Virus record (IMG/VR): IMGVR_UViG_3300037391_000010
Coordinates: 64,001-128,000 of that record
Reading direction: 5' to 3' (one strand)
DNA from: a virus
DNA length: 64,000 bases
Position numbers and translations under genes: made by a program. This document shows positions 39,173-48,248 of this stretch, in pieces. The notes beneath the pieces are model-generated. The model saw only the letters and a list, made by a program, of their open reading frames with translations, was not told the DNA's origin and searched no databases. Every line of letters starts with the position of its first letter. Positions within the stretch are counted from its first letter, which is position 1.

Positions 39173-39640
39173 TCGACTACCAGAGCCTTAAACATACCTT
39201 GCTGCCGCTGGCCTTTAATGGGCTGCCCCTTCAGGGTAGAACCGACTGGCACGGTCAGCCATCAAGCGAGACGCTGATTACCTTTCTTAGGCGGGAATGG
39301 CCCTCGCTCCATTCCCGCTATTTCTTTGTAAACTTTTGCCCCCTCCACAGGTTCTATTGGTATGAGGAAATTTTGGAGATGGCTGTTCCCGTCGCGGCGT
39401 CCCGCGACCCTCGCCGAATTGTTGGCGAAAAAGTACCCCACCGACTTCGCTCGCCGTGCAATCCAGTATTTAGATAAGTACAAGGATTGACTTTTTCGAC
39501 TTTCAGTCCTATGATCTAGAGAGCGAGCGTAAGTCCTGCAAAGTCCGGTATCGCGGGTGTCGTTCTCAAATTCAATCACCACAGAGGAGCACAGCCATGT
39601 CAAGTACGCTTTAGAAGACCAACCTAAAGGAGTAACTGAC

Positions 39641-40300
39641 ATGACCATCTCAATCTGGCGGAAGATTGATCTCTTCCTCCGTAATCGCCCTATCCCTATC
39701 CCCACTGACATTGCTCGTACTGTGCCTTGGGACCCTGACTTCCTCTACGACAACCCCGACCCATGGTACACGTCCGCTTACTGGACTATCCGCCGTGGAA
39801 TCAAGCACATCCGCGAGTTCCCCGAGAACTCTTACTACGCCATCAAGTGGTTCATTCAACGCGGAGCCCGAGGCTGGGCACCACGCGACACTTGGGGTCT
39901 CGACTCCTACCTCGCTGGCTGGCTGCCACAGGCTCTCCGCTACCTCAAGGAGCACAAGCACGGCGTTCCCATGCAGTGTTTCCCCGAGGGGCCCGAGTAC
40001 ACCAAGGACTGCGGCAACCCCACCGACGAGGCATTCAAGATCGCCGAAGCTCGCTGGGACGAGATCATGGAGAAGATGATCGCCGGATTCGAGGCCAACA
40101 ATCGCATGGATGATTGTCTCTACGAGAAGGAACTCGGCCCCTACCCTAGCCGCCGTCCTAATGGCGTGAGCCAAGAGGCATGGCACAAGGTCAAGGACGA
40201 TCACTTCGTCGCTCTGCGGGCTCTGGAAGCGCGGGATCAGGCTATTTTGGAGGAGGGTCTGGCTTTGTTCGCAAAGCATTTCCAGTCCCTCTGGGACTAA
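39641..40300 (+). CDS. Hypothetical phage protein
   Basis: AAGGAG RBS; C-terminal GL.LF.KHF.SLWD motif of a kind common in phage hypotheticals. Confidence 0.7.
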   Translation: MTISIWRKIDLFLRNRPIPIPTDIARTVPWDPDFLYDNPDPWYTSAYWTIRRGIKHIREFPENSYYAIKWFIQRGARGWAPRDTWGLDSYLAGWLPQALRYLKEHKHGVPMQCFPEGPEYTKDCGNPTDEAFKIAEARWDEIMEKMIAGFEANNRMDDCLYEKELGPYPSRRPNGVSQEAWHKVKDDHFVALRALEARDQAILEEGLALFAKHFQSLWD

Positions 40301-40309
40301 GGGGGAGCC

Positions 40310-40510
40310 ATGGGATCAGGCAACGCACACGCTAATCGCCACGGGCATCGTCCTGACTGTATCTTCTGCTCCATGCGTCCTAAGGAAGCACGCCGCAAGA
40401 AGGTTTACCGCAACTCATGCCACGGCTCCCGTGCCTCCAAAGGCAACGTGAGCGGTATTAAGAAGAAGAACAAAAAGGGCACGGAGGTAAAGAAGAATGC
40501 TCGGCTATAG
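40310..40510 (+). CDS. Small basic hypothetical protein
   Basis: RBS and ORF. Confidence 0.45.
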   Translation: MGSGNAHANRHGHRPDCIFCSMRPKEARRKKVYRNSCHGSRASKGNVSGIKKKNKKGTEVKKNARL

Positions 40511-40781
40511 CAAATACTGGACAGCAGGGTTCTCGGCGTGCCAATGGCACGAGATCACCCATCGCAAACAATACGGCTGGGTTGATTTCAACCTCATCAA
40601 CATCAGGCTGGGGTACGACAACCACAGCCAAGACTGGGAGTTTGAGTTCTACCTATTGGGCGTGCGGTTCTGGCTCATGATCGCCGACCCGTGGGGCACG
40701 CACCCCACAGATGTCGAAGTGGCTCTCGGGGAATTCCTGAAGGACGAACAATGCAATCAAACCCCAAGCGACCAAAAGTAA
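40497..40781 (+). CDS. Hypothetical protein
   Basis: GGAGG RBS. Confidence 0.55.
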   Translation: MLGYSKYWTAGFSACQWHEITHRKQYGWVDFNLINIRLGYDNHSQDWEFEFYLLGVRFWLMIADPWGTHPTDVEVALGEFLKDEQCNQTPSDQK

Positions 40782-40863
40782 TTCGGCGGGGGTGCCCGTG
40801 CTGCGGCACCTATCACCGTGTTATCATCAACCCACAGGGAAAGAAAATGAAGGGGAAACACTA

Positions 40864-41463
40864 ATGAAGAAACGCTATCACACACTCGGAAACGCTCACG
40901 ACGCTTGGTGGTTCCTGTACTACCACCCGAAACTCCAACTCCGCGAACGAGTAGAGATCGAGCCCAAAGACGCCGACAAGCGGGAAGCCGAGGGCTACAT
41001 CATCACCCGCGATACGGGCGGCAAGTGCTACAAGGAGTATCGGCACACCTTCCGCCATGCTGTCGCTCACAATCTCGACATCCATTACACCTACGTGAAC
41101 GACAAAGGTCGCATCGACGACGATGGCAAGAAGAACGTGAACGTCGAGTGCTGGCTGGAGTTCGGCCCCGAGGAATACATGTACTGGTACGGCACCGATG
41201 GCAACAACGACTGGGACACCGAGACCGCTCGCATGAATACCCACGATCCTCGGCTAGACTGCGGTGGGGTGAGCTTCGATGAGGCTCTGGTACGGCTTGC
41301 CAAGCTGGTGCGGAAGCATTATGGGGACTACAATCCCGATAAGCCCCGCCGTTGTCCCCGCACCGATAAAGCGTGTGTGGAATGTCGCGAGTTGCGACGG
41401 TGGATGAAGAAACAGGGATTGGAAGGCAAAAAGAAGAAACCTGTGGTATCATTGCTTGGATGA
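40864..41463 (+). CDS. Hypothetical protein
   Basis: AAGGGG RBS; codon usage like neighbours. Confidence 0.65.
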   Translation: MKKRYHTLGNAHDAWWFLYYHPKLQLRERVEIEPKDADKREAEGYIITRDTGGKCYKEYRHTFRHAVAHNLDIHYTYVNDKGRIDDDGKKNVNVECWLEFGPEEYMYWYGTDGNNDWDTETARMNTHDPRLDCGGVSFDEALVRLAKLVRKHYGDYNPDKPRRCPRTDKACVECRELRRWMKKQGLEGKKKKPVVSLLG

Positions 41464-41684
41464 GACGCCCAGCCGCAGCCATCGGTTATGTTCTTTCCGC
41501 CGTGCTGGTCTGGTGTGTGCTCTGGATGGTAGCTGTGCTGGTGCGAGCAATCTTCGCCCCGCCCCATCTACCGAAGCACCGCGTCACATGGCTGGTTTGG
41601 AAGAACGCGAAGGACGCCAAACACGACCCCGATTGCTACCCCGACACTTTAGGACCAGATACGATGGCGGTGCCCTGCAAATGA
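41460..41684 (+). CDS. Small membrane protein
   Basis: ATGA coupling; TM helix. Confidence 0.5.
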   Translation: MRRPAAAIGYVLSAVLVWCVLWMVAVLVRAIFAPPHLPKHRVTWLVWKNAKDAKHDPDCYPDTLGPDTMAVPCK

Positions 41685-41929
41685 AAAAGCAAGCACAAAT
41701 GGCGATGTGGTTCCTGATCTTGGTGCATTTCAGCCTCCACCATTACCCCAACTTTAAGCATCGCGAGAGCCTCTACAGGAGGGCGGGCGTCACGTCCTAT
41801 CAAGTCTGCGGCGTTGACACCGAGTTGGTTCAGGTCCCCAACAAGCAAGTTTGGAAGGCTCTTGCTACGCTGAAACACGACAAGGCCGTGGAGAGCGCGG
41901 GAGTGAGTATCGAGGGAACCTGCAAATGA
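41681..41929 (+). CDS. Hypothetical protein
   Basis: ATGA coupling. Confidence 0.45.
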   Translation: MKKQAQMAMWFLILVHFSLHHYPNFKHRESLYRRAGVTSYQVCGVDTELVQVPNKQVWKALATLKHDKAVESAGVSIEGTCK

Positions 41930-42114
41930 TGTTCGAGACCAAGGGGTTCCCCATCGTACCGTACATTCTTCATTCGTCGGAACCGCTGAAGGTTGGGTAC
42001 GTTTTCTTTGAATACTGGACTGGCGGGCCTTACAAAGTCAAGAAGGTCACTAAGTACAAAAGAGTGTTTAACGGGTGCCGCATCGACGGAACCGTAACGG
42101 TTGAGCGTGCATGA
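41926..42114 (+). CDS. Hypothetical protein
   Basis: ATGA coupling. Confidence 0.45.
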   Translation: MMFETKGFPIVPYILHSSEPLKVGYVFFEYWTGGPYKVKKVTKYKRVFNGCRIDGTVTVERA

Positions 42115-42512
42115 TCGGCTACCATTACACGAGTGCCGAGAACTACGAGAAAATCAGAACCGAGGGCTTGGCCCCGTACTGGATCAAGAAGAAAGACCTT
42201 GAGGCTTATTTTGAAGGCGGCATCCACGGCATCTGGCTGTGGAAGAACGACCTCTCAGGCAACGATCATCTTGGCTCAGTGCTGTGGCAACTCATGACCA
42301 AAGCCAGCACGAATATTGTGAAGTTGCGGGTGGAATACGAAGAGGCAGATCAGTACGTCAAGCACGGCTCCCCCGTGGAAATTCTGCATGGCGGCAGGTT
42401 GGGCGTGTGGCACTATCATGATCGTGTGCCAGCCGTCGTCATCGGGAAGCCCATCCCACCCGAGAGGATTGCGGTGATCGCCAAATACGATCTCCGCGCT
42501 GTGGTATCATAG
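42111..42512 (+). CDS. Stand-alone ADP-ribosyltransferase-fold protein (Tpt1/KptA-like)
   Basis: GYHYT...I..EGL...GIWLW...PIPPERI; same pattern as modules of the giant ORF. Confidence 0.6.
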   Translation: MIGYHYTSAENYEKIRTEGLAPYWIKKKDLEAYFEGGIHGIWLWKNDLSGNDHLGSVLWQLMTKASTNIVKLRVEYEEADQYVKHGSPVEILHGGRLGVWHYHDRVPAVVIGKPIPPERIAVIAKYDLRAVVS

Positions 42513-42515
42513 AGT

Positions 42516-42701
42516 ATGGCAAAACCTACCCCATCCGAGGAGTTGATCGAAGGACTGGCGCTGATCTTCATCTTCGTCGTATTCGGTCTCCTCTTTTTGG
42601 TTGCCGCCGCCATTATTCTCGTCAGCAGTCCGATTTCGTGCGTGGTCGCAGCCTTCTGTGCATACGTGCTCTGGGCAGCCGACAAGGGGAAACTATTTTG
42701 A
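42516..42701 (+). CDS. Small membrane protein
   Basis: Two hydrophobic segments. Confidence 0.55.
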   Translation: MAKPTPSEELIEGLALIFIFVVFGLLFLVAAAIILVSSPISCVVAAFCAYVLWAADKGKLF

Positions 42702-43222
42702 TGGACACGTTTCTGGAAACCTACAGTTGTTTCAACCGTCTCTTGGCCGAGTACCGTGAGCACAAGAAGCTCATCGTCGCAGTCGATTTCGACGACACCG
42801 TGTTCGACTATCATCAGAAGGGCAGGACTTACGAGTACATCATCGCCCTGCTTAGACGGTGCCAGAAGCACGGATTTTGGATCGTGCTTTTCACGGCGTG
42901 CTCCCCTGACAAAGCAGAATCACAGAAGGCATACCTTGCGATGCGAGGCATCGAAGTCCACTCCGTGAACAAAAACCCCGTCGATCTGCCGTTCGGAAAC
43001 GACGGGAAGATTTACTTCAACATCCTGCTGGACGACCGAGCGGGGCTGGGGCAAGCTGCCGAGATTCTGCATCAGGTGCTTGACGAAATTGAATACGACG
43101 GCGATCAGCCGTGGAAGAAAGCGAACGGCAGCGGAGAACTTCCGGGCGACATCTGTTGCCTCCGTGCTACTGGCGGCGTATGCTACGAGCACAATCCATT
43201 TAACTATCGGGGGAAAGCATGA
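42701..43222 (+). CDS. HAD-superfamily phosphatase-like protein
   Basis: VAVDFDDT (motif I), LFTA, K and LLDDRA (motif IV). Confidence 0.8.
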   Translation: MDTFLETYSCFNRLLAEYREHKKLIVAVDFDDTVFDYHQKGRTYEYIIALLRRCQKHGFWIVLFTACSPDKAESQKAYLAMRGIEVHSVNKNPVDLPFGNDGKIYFNILLDDRAGLGQAAEILHQVLDEIEYDGDQPWKKANGSGELPGDICCLRATGGVCYEHNPFNYRGKA

Positions 43223-43392
43223 ACTCAATGCCATTCAAAACCTTCACGCTGCGTGCGTATGTGGTCGATGACCATTACGACGAACCTCGCAAGCGAATGA
43301 GCCTCGAAGCCGCCTTTCGTGCGTGGCTGAAAAACCAGAAGTTCAAGATCGAGACAATCGAAGTCGTCGAAGTTCAGCGGGGTATGAAATGA
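43219..43392 (+). CDS. 57-aa hypothetical protein (not in ORF track)
   Basis: ATGA-coupled at both ends: MNSMPFKTFTLRAYVVDD...QRGMK. Confidence 0.5.
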   Translation: MNSMPFKTFTLRAYVVDDHYDEPRKRMSLEAAFRAWLKNQKFKIETIEVVEVQRGMK

Positions 43393-43841
43393 CGATGCGG
43401 TTAGTCAGGATTGAGAACATGGATGAAGTGCTCGTCACCTTCACCGATGAGGACGGCAGGGAAGGACTCAAGATCGTCCATCCCACGGAGCTTCATGGCT
43501 ACACGCTCACCCCGCCAGAGCCGCTTGACCCCAAGGTCATCAAGCGAGTGGAGGAGTGGGAGAAGGAGTGCGGGCCGTTACCTAAGCCGCCCGCTGGCAT
43601 GTTCCCATGGCGAGAACCCGTGGTTGTCGAGACCCCTAAGCGGTCTGGTGTCGAAGTGGATGAAAGGGGATTCTACCTCATCGACGGACTGTATGTGCCA
43701 GACACGGAGGCGGGTCGCCTGAGGCTCCAGTATGCACTGATGAACGAGAGGATGAACCATGAGAACGAAAGTATTCAAGGTCGAAGTGCTGATTGTGAAC
43801 CACGACAACCTGACGATGAACGAGATCGCGGAAACTCTTGA
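43389..43841 (+). CDS. Hypothetical protein
   Basis: ATGA coupling; 3' end overlaps the next gene. Confidence 0.5.
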   Translation: MTMRLVRIENMDEVLVTFTDEDGREGLKIVHPTELHGYTLTPPEPLDPKVIKRVEEWEKECGPLPKPPAGMFPWREPVVVETPKRSGVEVDERGFYLIDGLYVPDTEAGRLRLQYALMNERMNHENESIQGRSADCEPRQPDDERDRGNS

Positions 43842-43989
43842 GAACGCGAACTACCCCAACGACTGCATCAACCCTCAGGTCATGGAGATCACGTCCCGCG
43901 AGGTCGAGTGGAGCGACGAGCATCCGCTGAACAAGCACTCGACTCAAAAGGACGCCTACATCAAACTCTTCGGCTACCCAACCGTCTAA
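43759..43989 (+). CDS. Hypothetical phage protein
   Basis: GAGG RBS; C-terminal W.D.HPLN motif. Confidence 0.65.
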   Translation: MRTKVFKVEVLIVNHDNLTMNEIAETLENANYPNDCINPQVMEITSREVEWSDEHPLNKHSTQKDAYIKLFGYPTV

Positions 43990-44051
43990 CCCCCAGAAAA
44001 CACGGGGCTAAAACCTATAGTTCAGCCTCTATTTTTGGGTATAATAGGGGT

Positions 44052-44324
44052 ATGATTCCCTGTTGCCAAATCTGCGGAAGCAAGCGCACGGCGGATGCCA
44101 AGCAGCCCAACCTCTGCTACTACATGTGCTACTGGCTGCTCGAAGGCTGGCTCGGTTGGAACGCCCGCACGAACAAAGTTGCCATCAGGGATCAACGTGC
44201 CCTCCCATTCGTACCAGATGGACTCTCCTACCGTAAGGCCATCGCCAAGGCCCGCTCGCTCGGCTGGCGTGGCCGCGAAAATAAAATCGGAACCTTTTTG
44301 ACTACCGCCGCGCATCCGTGGTAA
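44052..44324 (+). CDS. Hypothetical protein
   Basis: Preceded by TATAAT and AGGGG. Confidence 0.5.
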   Translation: MIPCCQICGSKRTADAKQPNLCYYMCYWLLEGWLGWNARTNKVAIRDQRALPFVPDGLSYRKAIAKARSLGWRGRENKIGTFLTTAAHPW

Positions 44325-44333
44325 CATGGGGGC

Positions 44334-44537
44334 ATGAGAACCTTCACACTGAACGATACGCAGGTAGAGCAATACTCCGCTTGGCAAGAGGAACACCGAA
44401 AGACTTGTAAGGTTGTGCCCGACTTCTCAGGCGCACATTGCAAGATCATCTTTGTCCCGAGTGGTCTCGGGGACAGCGCCACGGTTGAGTGCTTCTGCGG
44501 CGAGAAAAAGTATCTGGACGACGGAGTGGAACTCTGA
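44334..44537 (+). CDS. Hypothetical small protein
   Basis: H..C...F.PSGLG...C.CG motif. Confidence 0.6.
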   Translation: MRTFTLNDTQVEQYSAWQEEHRKTCKVVPDFSGAHCKIIFVPSGLGDSATVECFCGEKKYLDDGVEL

Positions 44538-44767
44538 TGACGAAGCTTCCTAGCAAAGAGTTCTGCGATAACGTCAGGGCGATGAGCGATGAAGACTTGC
44601 TGCGCCAGTACGATACCTATAACGCTCAGATGGACAGCCTCACAGCAGAACGCCAACGATGTTGGGATCGTTTCATGGAGATCAACGAGATTCAGGATGT
44701 GGTGGGCGGCGAATTCCAGATGGTGAGCATCGAAGCCCGTATGAACCGCAAGCTTAAAGTTTCTTAG
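44537..44767 (+). CDS. Hypothetical coiled-coil protein
   Basis: Coupled ORF. Confidence 0.55.
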   Translation: MTKLPSKEFCDNVRAMSDEDLLRQYDTYNAQMDSLTAERQRCWDRFMEINEIQDVVGGEFQMVSIEARMNRKLKVS

Positions 44768-45197
44768 CCATCGTCAGAGCGTGGTAGTGGAGTTTGTAGT
44801 AGTGGCGACGGAATGCAGTCACCCGATAGCCTAGCTTGAAGTACAACACCTGCGCCGGGTTCTCGACGCTGACCTCCAGCTTGATCTCAGTAAGGCCGCG
44901 CTTCTTTGCCGCCGCCTCGTACAAGCCAATGAGTTTAGTCGCTATGCCCTTGCCGCGTGCCTTGGAGGAAACGTCCACGGTGTCGATGTACCCCTTGCCG
45001 AATTCTTTATCCGCCAGCAGGAAGCCTAGTATCTTGTCGTTCTCTGCGGCGACCCAAACGTTGTTTTTCTTGGCGGCATCAAGGAGGGATTTATTGAAAA
45101 CGGTTTGGCTCCAGAGAAAGGGTGCTTGGAAGCACCCCTTTTCTATTTCGTACAGGGAAGGAAGTTCTTCGGCATCGAGGCTATTGCGAAAGGTCAT
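44754..45197 (-). CDS. GNAT acetyltransferase, RimI-like
   Basis: V...ARGKGIA..L, LEVSVEN.A..LY.KLGY and HYY motifs. Confidence 0.85.
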   Translation of the reverse strand: MTFRNSLDAEELPSLYEIEKGCFQAPFLWSQTVFNKSLLDAAKKNNVWVAAENDKILGFLLADKEFGKGYIDTVDVSSKARGKGIATKLIGLYEAAAKKRGLTEIKLEVSVENPAQVLYFKLGYRVTAFRRHYYKLHYHALTMAKKL

Positions 45198-45221
45198 GTA
45201 GCCTCAGTGTATCACGTTTTG

Positions 45222-46484
45222 TTAGTCGAGGAAGATCGGCGTTGCCATCGTCTTCGAGTTGAACTTCTTGTTGATGAGGAAGAACGCCTGTGTGGGCTTC
45301 TCGAATGCAGCGCCGATGTTGTTAGCGAAGGCGTTGTAACCAATCAAGCTGCCGTTTGTGACGAACGTTCCGCTGTCGATGTACTGGTGGAAGTGACCGA
45401 ACAGGTCGAGATTCGGCGTCCGTGCATTGTTGATGTTCCAGTTGGCGATCTTTTTGTTGACGGGAATTGTGATACCGCCCACACCGCCGCCACTCTTGAT
45501 GGCGTGGCCGTGATGAGTACGAAGGCGATAAGCCCCGCCGAAGAAGTCGTGCGTGCTGTGATAGCCGTCCGCAATGCACCATTCGATGCGGCGGGCGTAC
45601 TTCGAGTCGCTATCCAGAATCATCTTCATTTCGCGGTACATCAAGCGTTCCCACGAGTTAGCGGGCTCGGTCTTCTGACGCTGTTTTGCCGTGCTGCGAC
45701 CATGATTACCCGTGTGGCAAGCGATTTTGAGGAGTGTGTCTTTCTTGAGGTTATCGAGAGCGAACTTGATGCCGTTGATGAGGCGTTCCTGCACCCACCA
45801 GATCGCATCGCCCGGACCAAGTTGGTTGCTTTCAGCCACGTCCTCGTGAATGGTGTTGGTGATAAAGTCACCCAGCAAGGCCAGAAAAACGACGGGGATG
45901 TTAGTGTCTTTCTGCATGATGTCTGTCAGCCGCATCATGTTCTGCCAGTATTTCTCAATGCGCTTGTGGGCGACACCCAGATTGAACACGTTGCGACCTT
46001 CGATATCGTTGTAATCGACCGTCTCTTCGACGTGCCAATCGCTTGCAGCCCACACTGCGACTGATTCGCTTGTGCCACTGACGACCTTCGGTAGGAATGA
46101 AAGGTGCTGTGGCGTTTTAGTGCGAAGGTCCTGCAATACAGCCAGCGTTTCCTCGGCGCGTTCGGCGCGGTGGATTGCTGCGTCGTACTTGGCTTTCAGA
46201 TTGGTCTTGCGGTCGCGGACTTTCTCGATCTCAAGTTCGACTTGCTTGTCGGGTGATGGCTTTGCGATCTTGGAAACCACTTTTGCTTCGGCCAGAAATG
46301 CTTGGAAGGTCGGCCAGTAAAGATTCCATCCGTCCTTGAACTCGCTTTTGTTACGGAAAAAATCACGTGTGAGTTCGTCTGTTTGAGTTGCTAGGCGCTG
46401 GGCTTCAGCGATGAGGGTTTGCTTCGAAACTTTCTTTGAATCTTTTTTCTTAGCCAAGAATGTTTCCTCCGAGAAGAGACTCAT
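45222..46484 (-). CDS. Calcineurin-like metallophosphoesterase with N-terminal coiled coil
   Basis: SDWH, LGDF, GNHGR, HHGH and GHFH motifs. Confidence 0.85.
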   Translation of the reverse strand: MSLFSEETFLAKKKDSKKVSKQTLIAEAQRLATQTDELTRDFFRNKSEFKDGWNLYWPTFQAFLAEAKVVSKIAKPSPDKQVELEIEKVRDRKTNLKAKYDAAIHRAERAEETLAVLQDLRTKTPQHLSFLPKVVSGTSESVAVWAASDWHVEETVDYNDIEGRNVFNLGVAHKRIEKYWQNMMRLTDIMQKDTNIPVVFLALLGDFITNTIHEDVAESNQLGPGDAIWWVQERLINGIKFALDNLKKDTLLKIACHTGNHGRSTAKQRQKTEPANSWERLMYREMKMILDSDSKYARRIEWCIADGYHSTHDFFGGAYRLRTHHGHAIKSGGGVGGITIPVNKKIANWNINNARTPNLDLFGHFHQYIDSGTFVTNGSLIGYNAFANNIGAAFEKPTQAFFLINKKFNSKTMATPIFLD

Positions 46485-46745
46485 CTAAAGCAACACATAG
46501 TTGCTAAAGTGGCCTCTTATCAAACGTAGCGCCAGCGCCAGTGGGATGAGATGGCCTGCCGCGTTTTGGGTGCAGTCTCCCACATTTTGTTAATACCAGT
46601 TCTGACTGACAATTTGCGCGGAAATATTTATTGATAGCCAATGATCGGCGAAACTCCCCGATTTCGGTATCTTCTAGTGAGGGCTGCCGCAGGGTGCGGG
46701 TAACCCATCGGACCCCTCCAAAACCACAGAAAATAGGGCATTTTC

Positions 46746-48242
46746 GTGAAAATCGTCATCGCCGACAAGCTACCACAGGAACACTCTACCGAATTCAGGG
46801 GGCTCCCTGTTATAATTGAATGGCCGAAGGGAAGCACCCGTGTGGGTAAGAACCCTGACGGTACGACGTTCAAAACAGAGATGAAAGTCGATTATGGCTA
46901 CATCCCCGACACGACGGCGGCTGGGGACAAGGAAAAGCTCGACATCTACGTCGGGACCAATGAAGATGCGGAATATGCCTACATTGTTGAGCAATTGGAC
47001 GACAAGGGCGAATTCGACGAGTACAAAGTGATGCTGGGATTCGACACGCTGGAAGCTGCGGAAGAGGCGTACATTGGGCAGGCGGGTGAGGACCTGCTGG
47101 GCGACATCTCCGAGGTTGATTTCGAGTACCTGTTCGACACGGTGAAAGAGAAACAGAAGGAAGCCGCTGCTAAGAAAGAAGCCAAGTTCGCCGTTGGTGA
47201 GAAATACACAGTAATTGAAGCCTTTTTGAAGAACTACAAGCACGAGGTGGACTTCTACGATGAAGTCGCGCACCTCGTACAGGACAAGTTGGATCAGGCT
47301 CTTCAGGACGCGGGAATCAAGGCGGTGGTTAGCTCCCGTGCGAAAACCCCAGATCGGCTGAGGAAGAAGCTGTACAAGCGGAACCAAAAAAGAAACTACA
47401 AGACGTTCCGCGACATCGACGACGACATCATCGATTTAGCTGGCTGCCGCGTGGCTCTGTACATGCCCGCCGACCGCGATGCGGTTGGAAAGCTCATTGA
47501 AAAGTTATTCGTTCCCGTGCGACCCCCAAAGAGCTTCCCCGAAGCCAGCAAGCCCGAAGAAGGCGATACGCTGGGTTACACGGCGACTCACTATCTTGTG
47601 CGCCTGCGCCCCGAAACGCTTCGTAAGAAGGAGCTTCGGTACGCCGACACTCAGATCGAGATTCAGGTAGCATCCGTCCTGATGCACGCTTGGGCTGAAG
47701 TGACCCATGACTTGCTTTACAAGCCTGAAAAGGGTGAACTGACACCCGAAGAAAAAGCAGCCCTGAGCAATCTGAATAGGTTGGTGCAGGAGGGAGAACG
47801 GGAACTTGAAAAGCTTCAGTTCGCCATCGAAGGCCGCACGGATACAAGCCTTCGGTTTGAAATCGCAGCAGCTTTGGCGACGAGTCTCAAAGCCCGGTCG
47901 ATGGGAAAGACTGCCTCCCTGACCGTAGGCGACATTGAGAAGGCCGTTAGAGCTATTGTTGGAAGCAAGACATCACTGTGGTCGATTTACTTGAAAGCCA
48001 CGGAGACGCTCAGGAAAGCTCGTTGGGAAAGGCCCGACGAGGAGAAATACCGCAAGGCATGGGAATCCGCTGGATATGCGAAACCCGAGGAATCGCCCGC
48101 GAGTGAAACACATTACATTCGCGAGGCCATGGAGAAGCTCGCCCCGGGTAAGCCAGTTAGTACGTTGTGGGTTCTGCCGAATCGTAGTGAGATCATAGCT
48201 CTTGCTCAACAGTTGAAAGCCGAGGCAACAAAGGAAAAATAA
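46746..48242 (+). CDS. Fusion of inorganic-pyrophosphatase-like domain + RelA/SpoT-type nucleotidyltransferase (alarmone synthetase-like) + unknown C-terminal module
   Basis: IEWPKGSTR.G...M..DYGYI...D.EKLDIYVG...FDEYKVMLGF (PPase-like). RAKT...DLAGCRV...GYTATHY...EIQVASVLMHAWAE..HDL.YK (RelA/SpoT). Linkers KEAAAKKEAKFA and KTAS. Confidence 0.85.
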   Translation: MKIVIADKLPQEHSTEFRGLPVIIEWPKGSTRVGKNPDGTTFKTEMKVDYGYIPDTTAAGDKEKLDIYVGTNEDAEYAYIVEQLDDKGEFDEYKVMLGFDTLEAAEEAYIGQAGEDLLGDISEVDFEYLFDTVKEKQKEAAAKKEAKFAVGEKYTVIEAFLKNYKHEVDFYDEVAHLVQDKLDQALQDAGIKAVVSSRAKTPDRLRKKLYKRNQKRNYKTFRDIDDDIIDLAGCRVALYMPADRDAVGKLIEKLFVPVRPPKSFPEASKPEEGDTLGYTATHYLVRLRPETLRKKELRYADTQIEIQVASVLMHAWAEVTHDLLYKPEKGELTPEEKAALSNLNRLVQEGERELEKLQFAIEGRTDTSLRFEIAAALATSLKARSMGKTASLTVGDIEKAVRAIVGSKTSLWSIYLKATETLRKARWERPDEEKYRKAWESAGYAKPEESPASETHYIREAMEKLAPGKPVSTLWVLPNRSEIIALAQQLKAEATKEK

Positions 48243-48248
48243 GTCATC

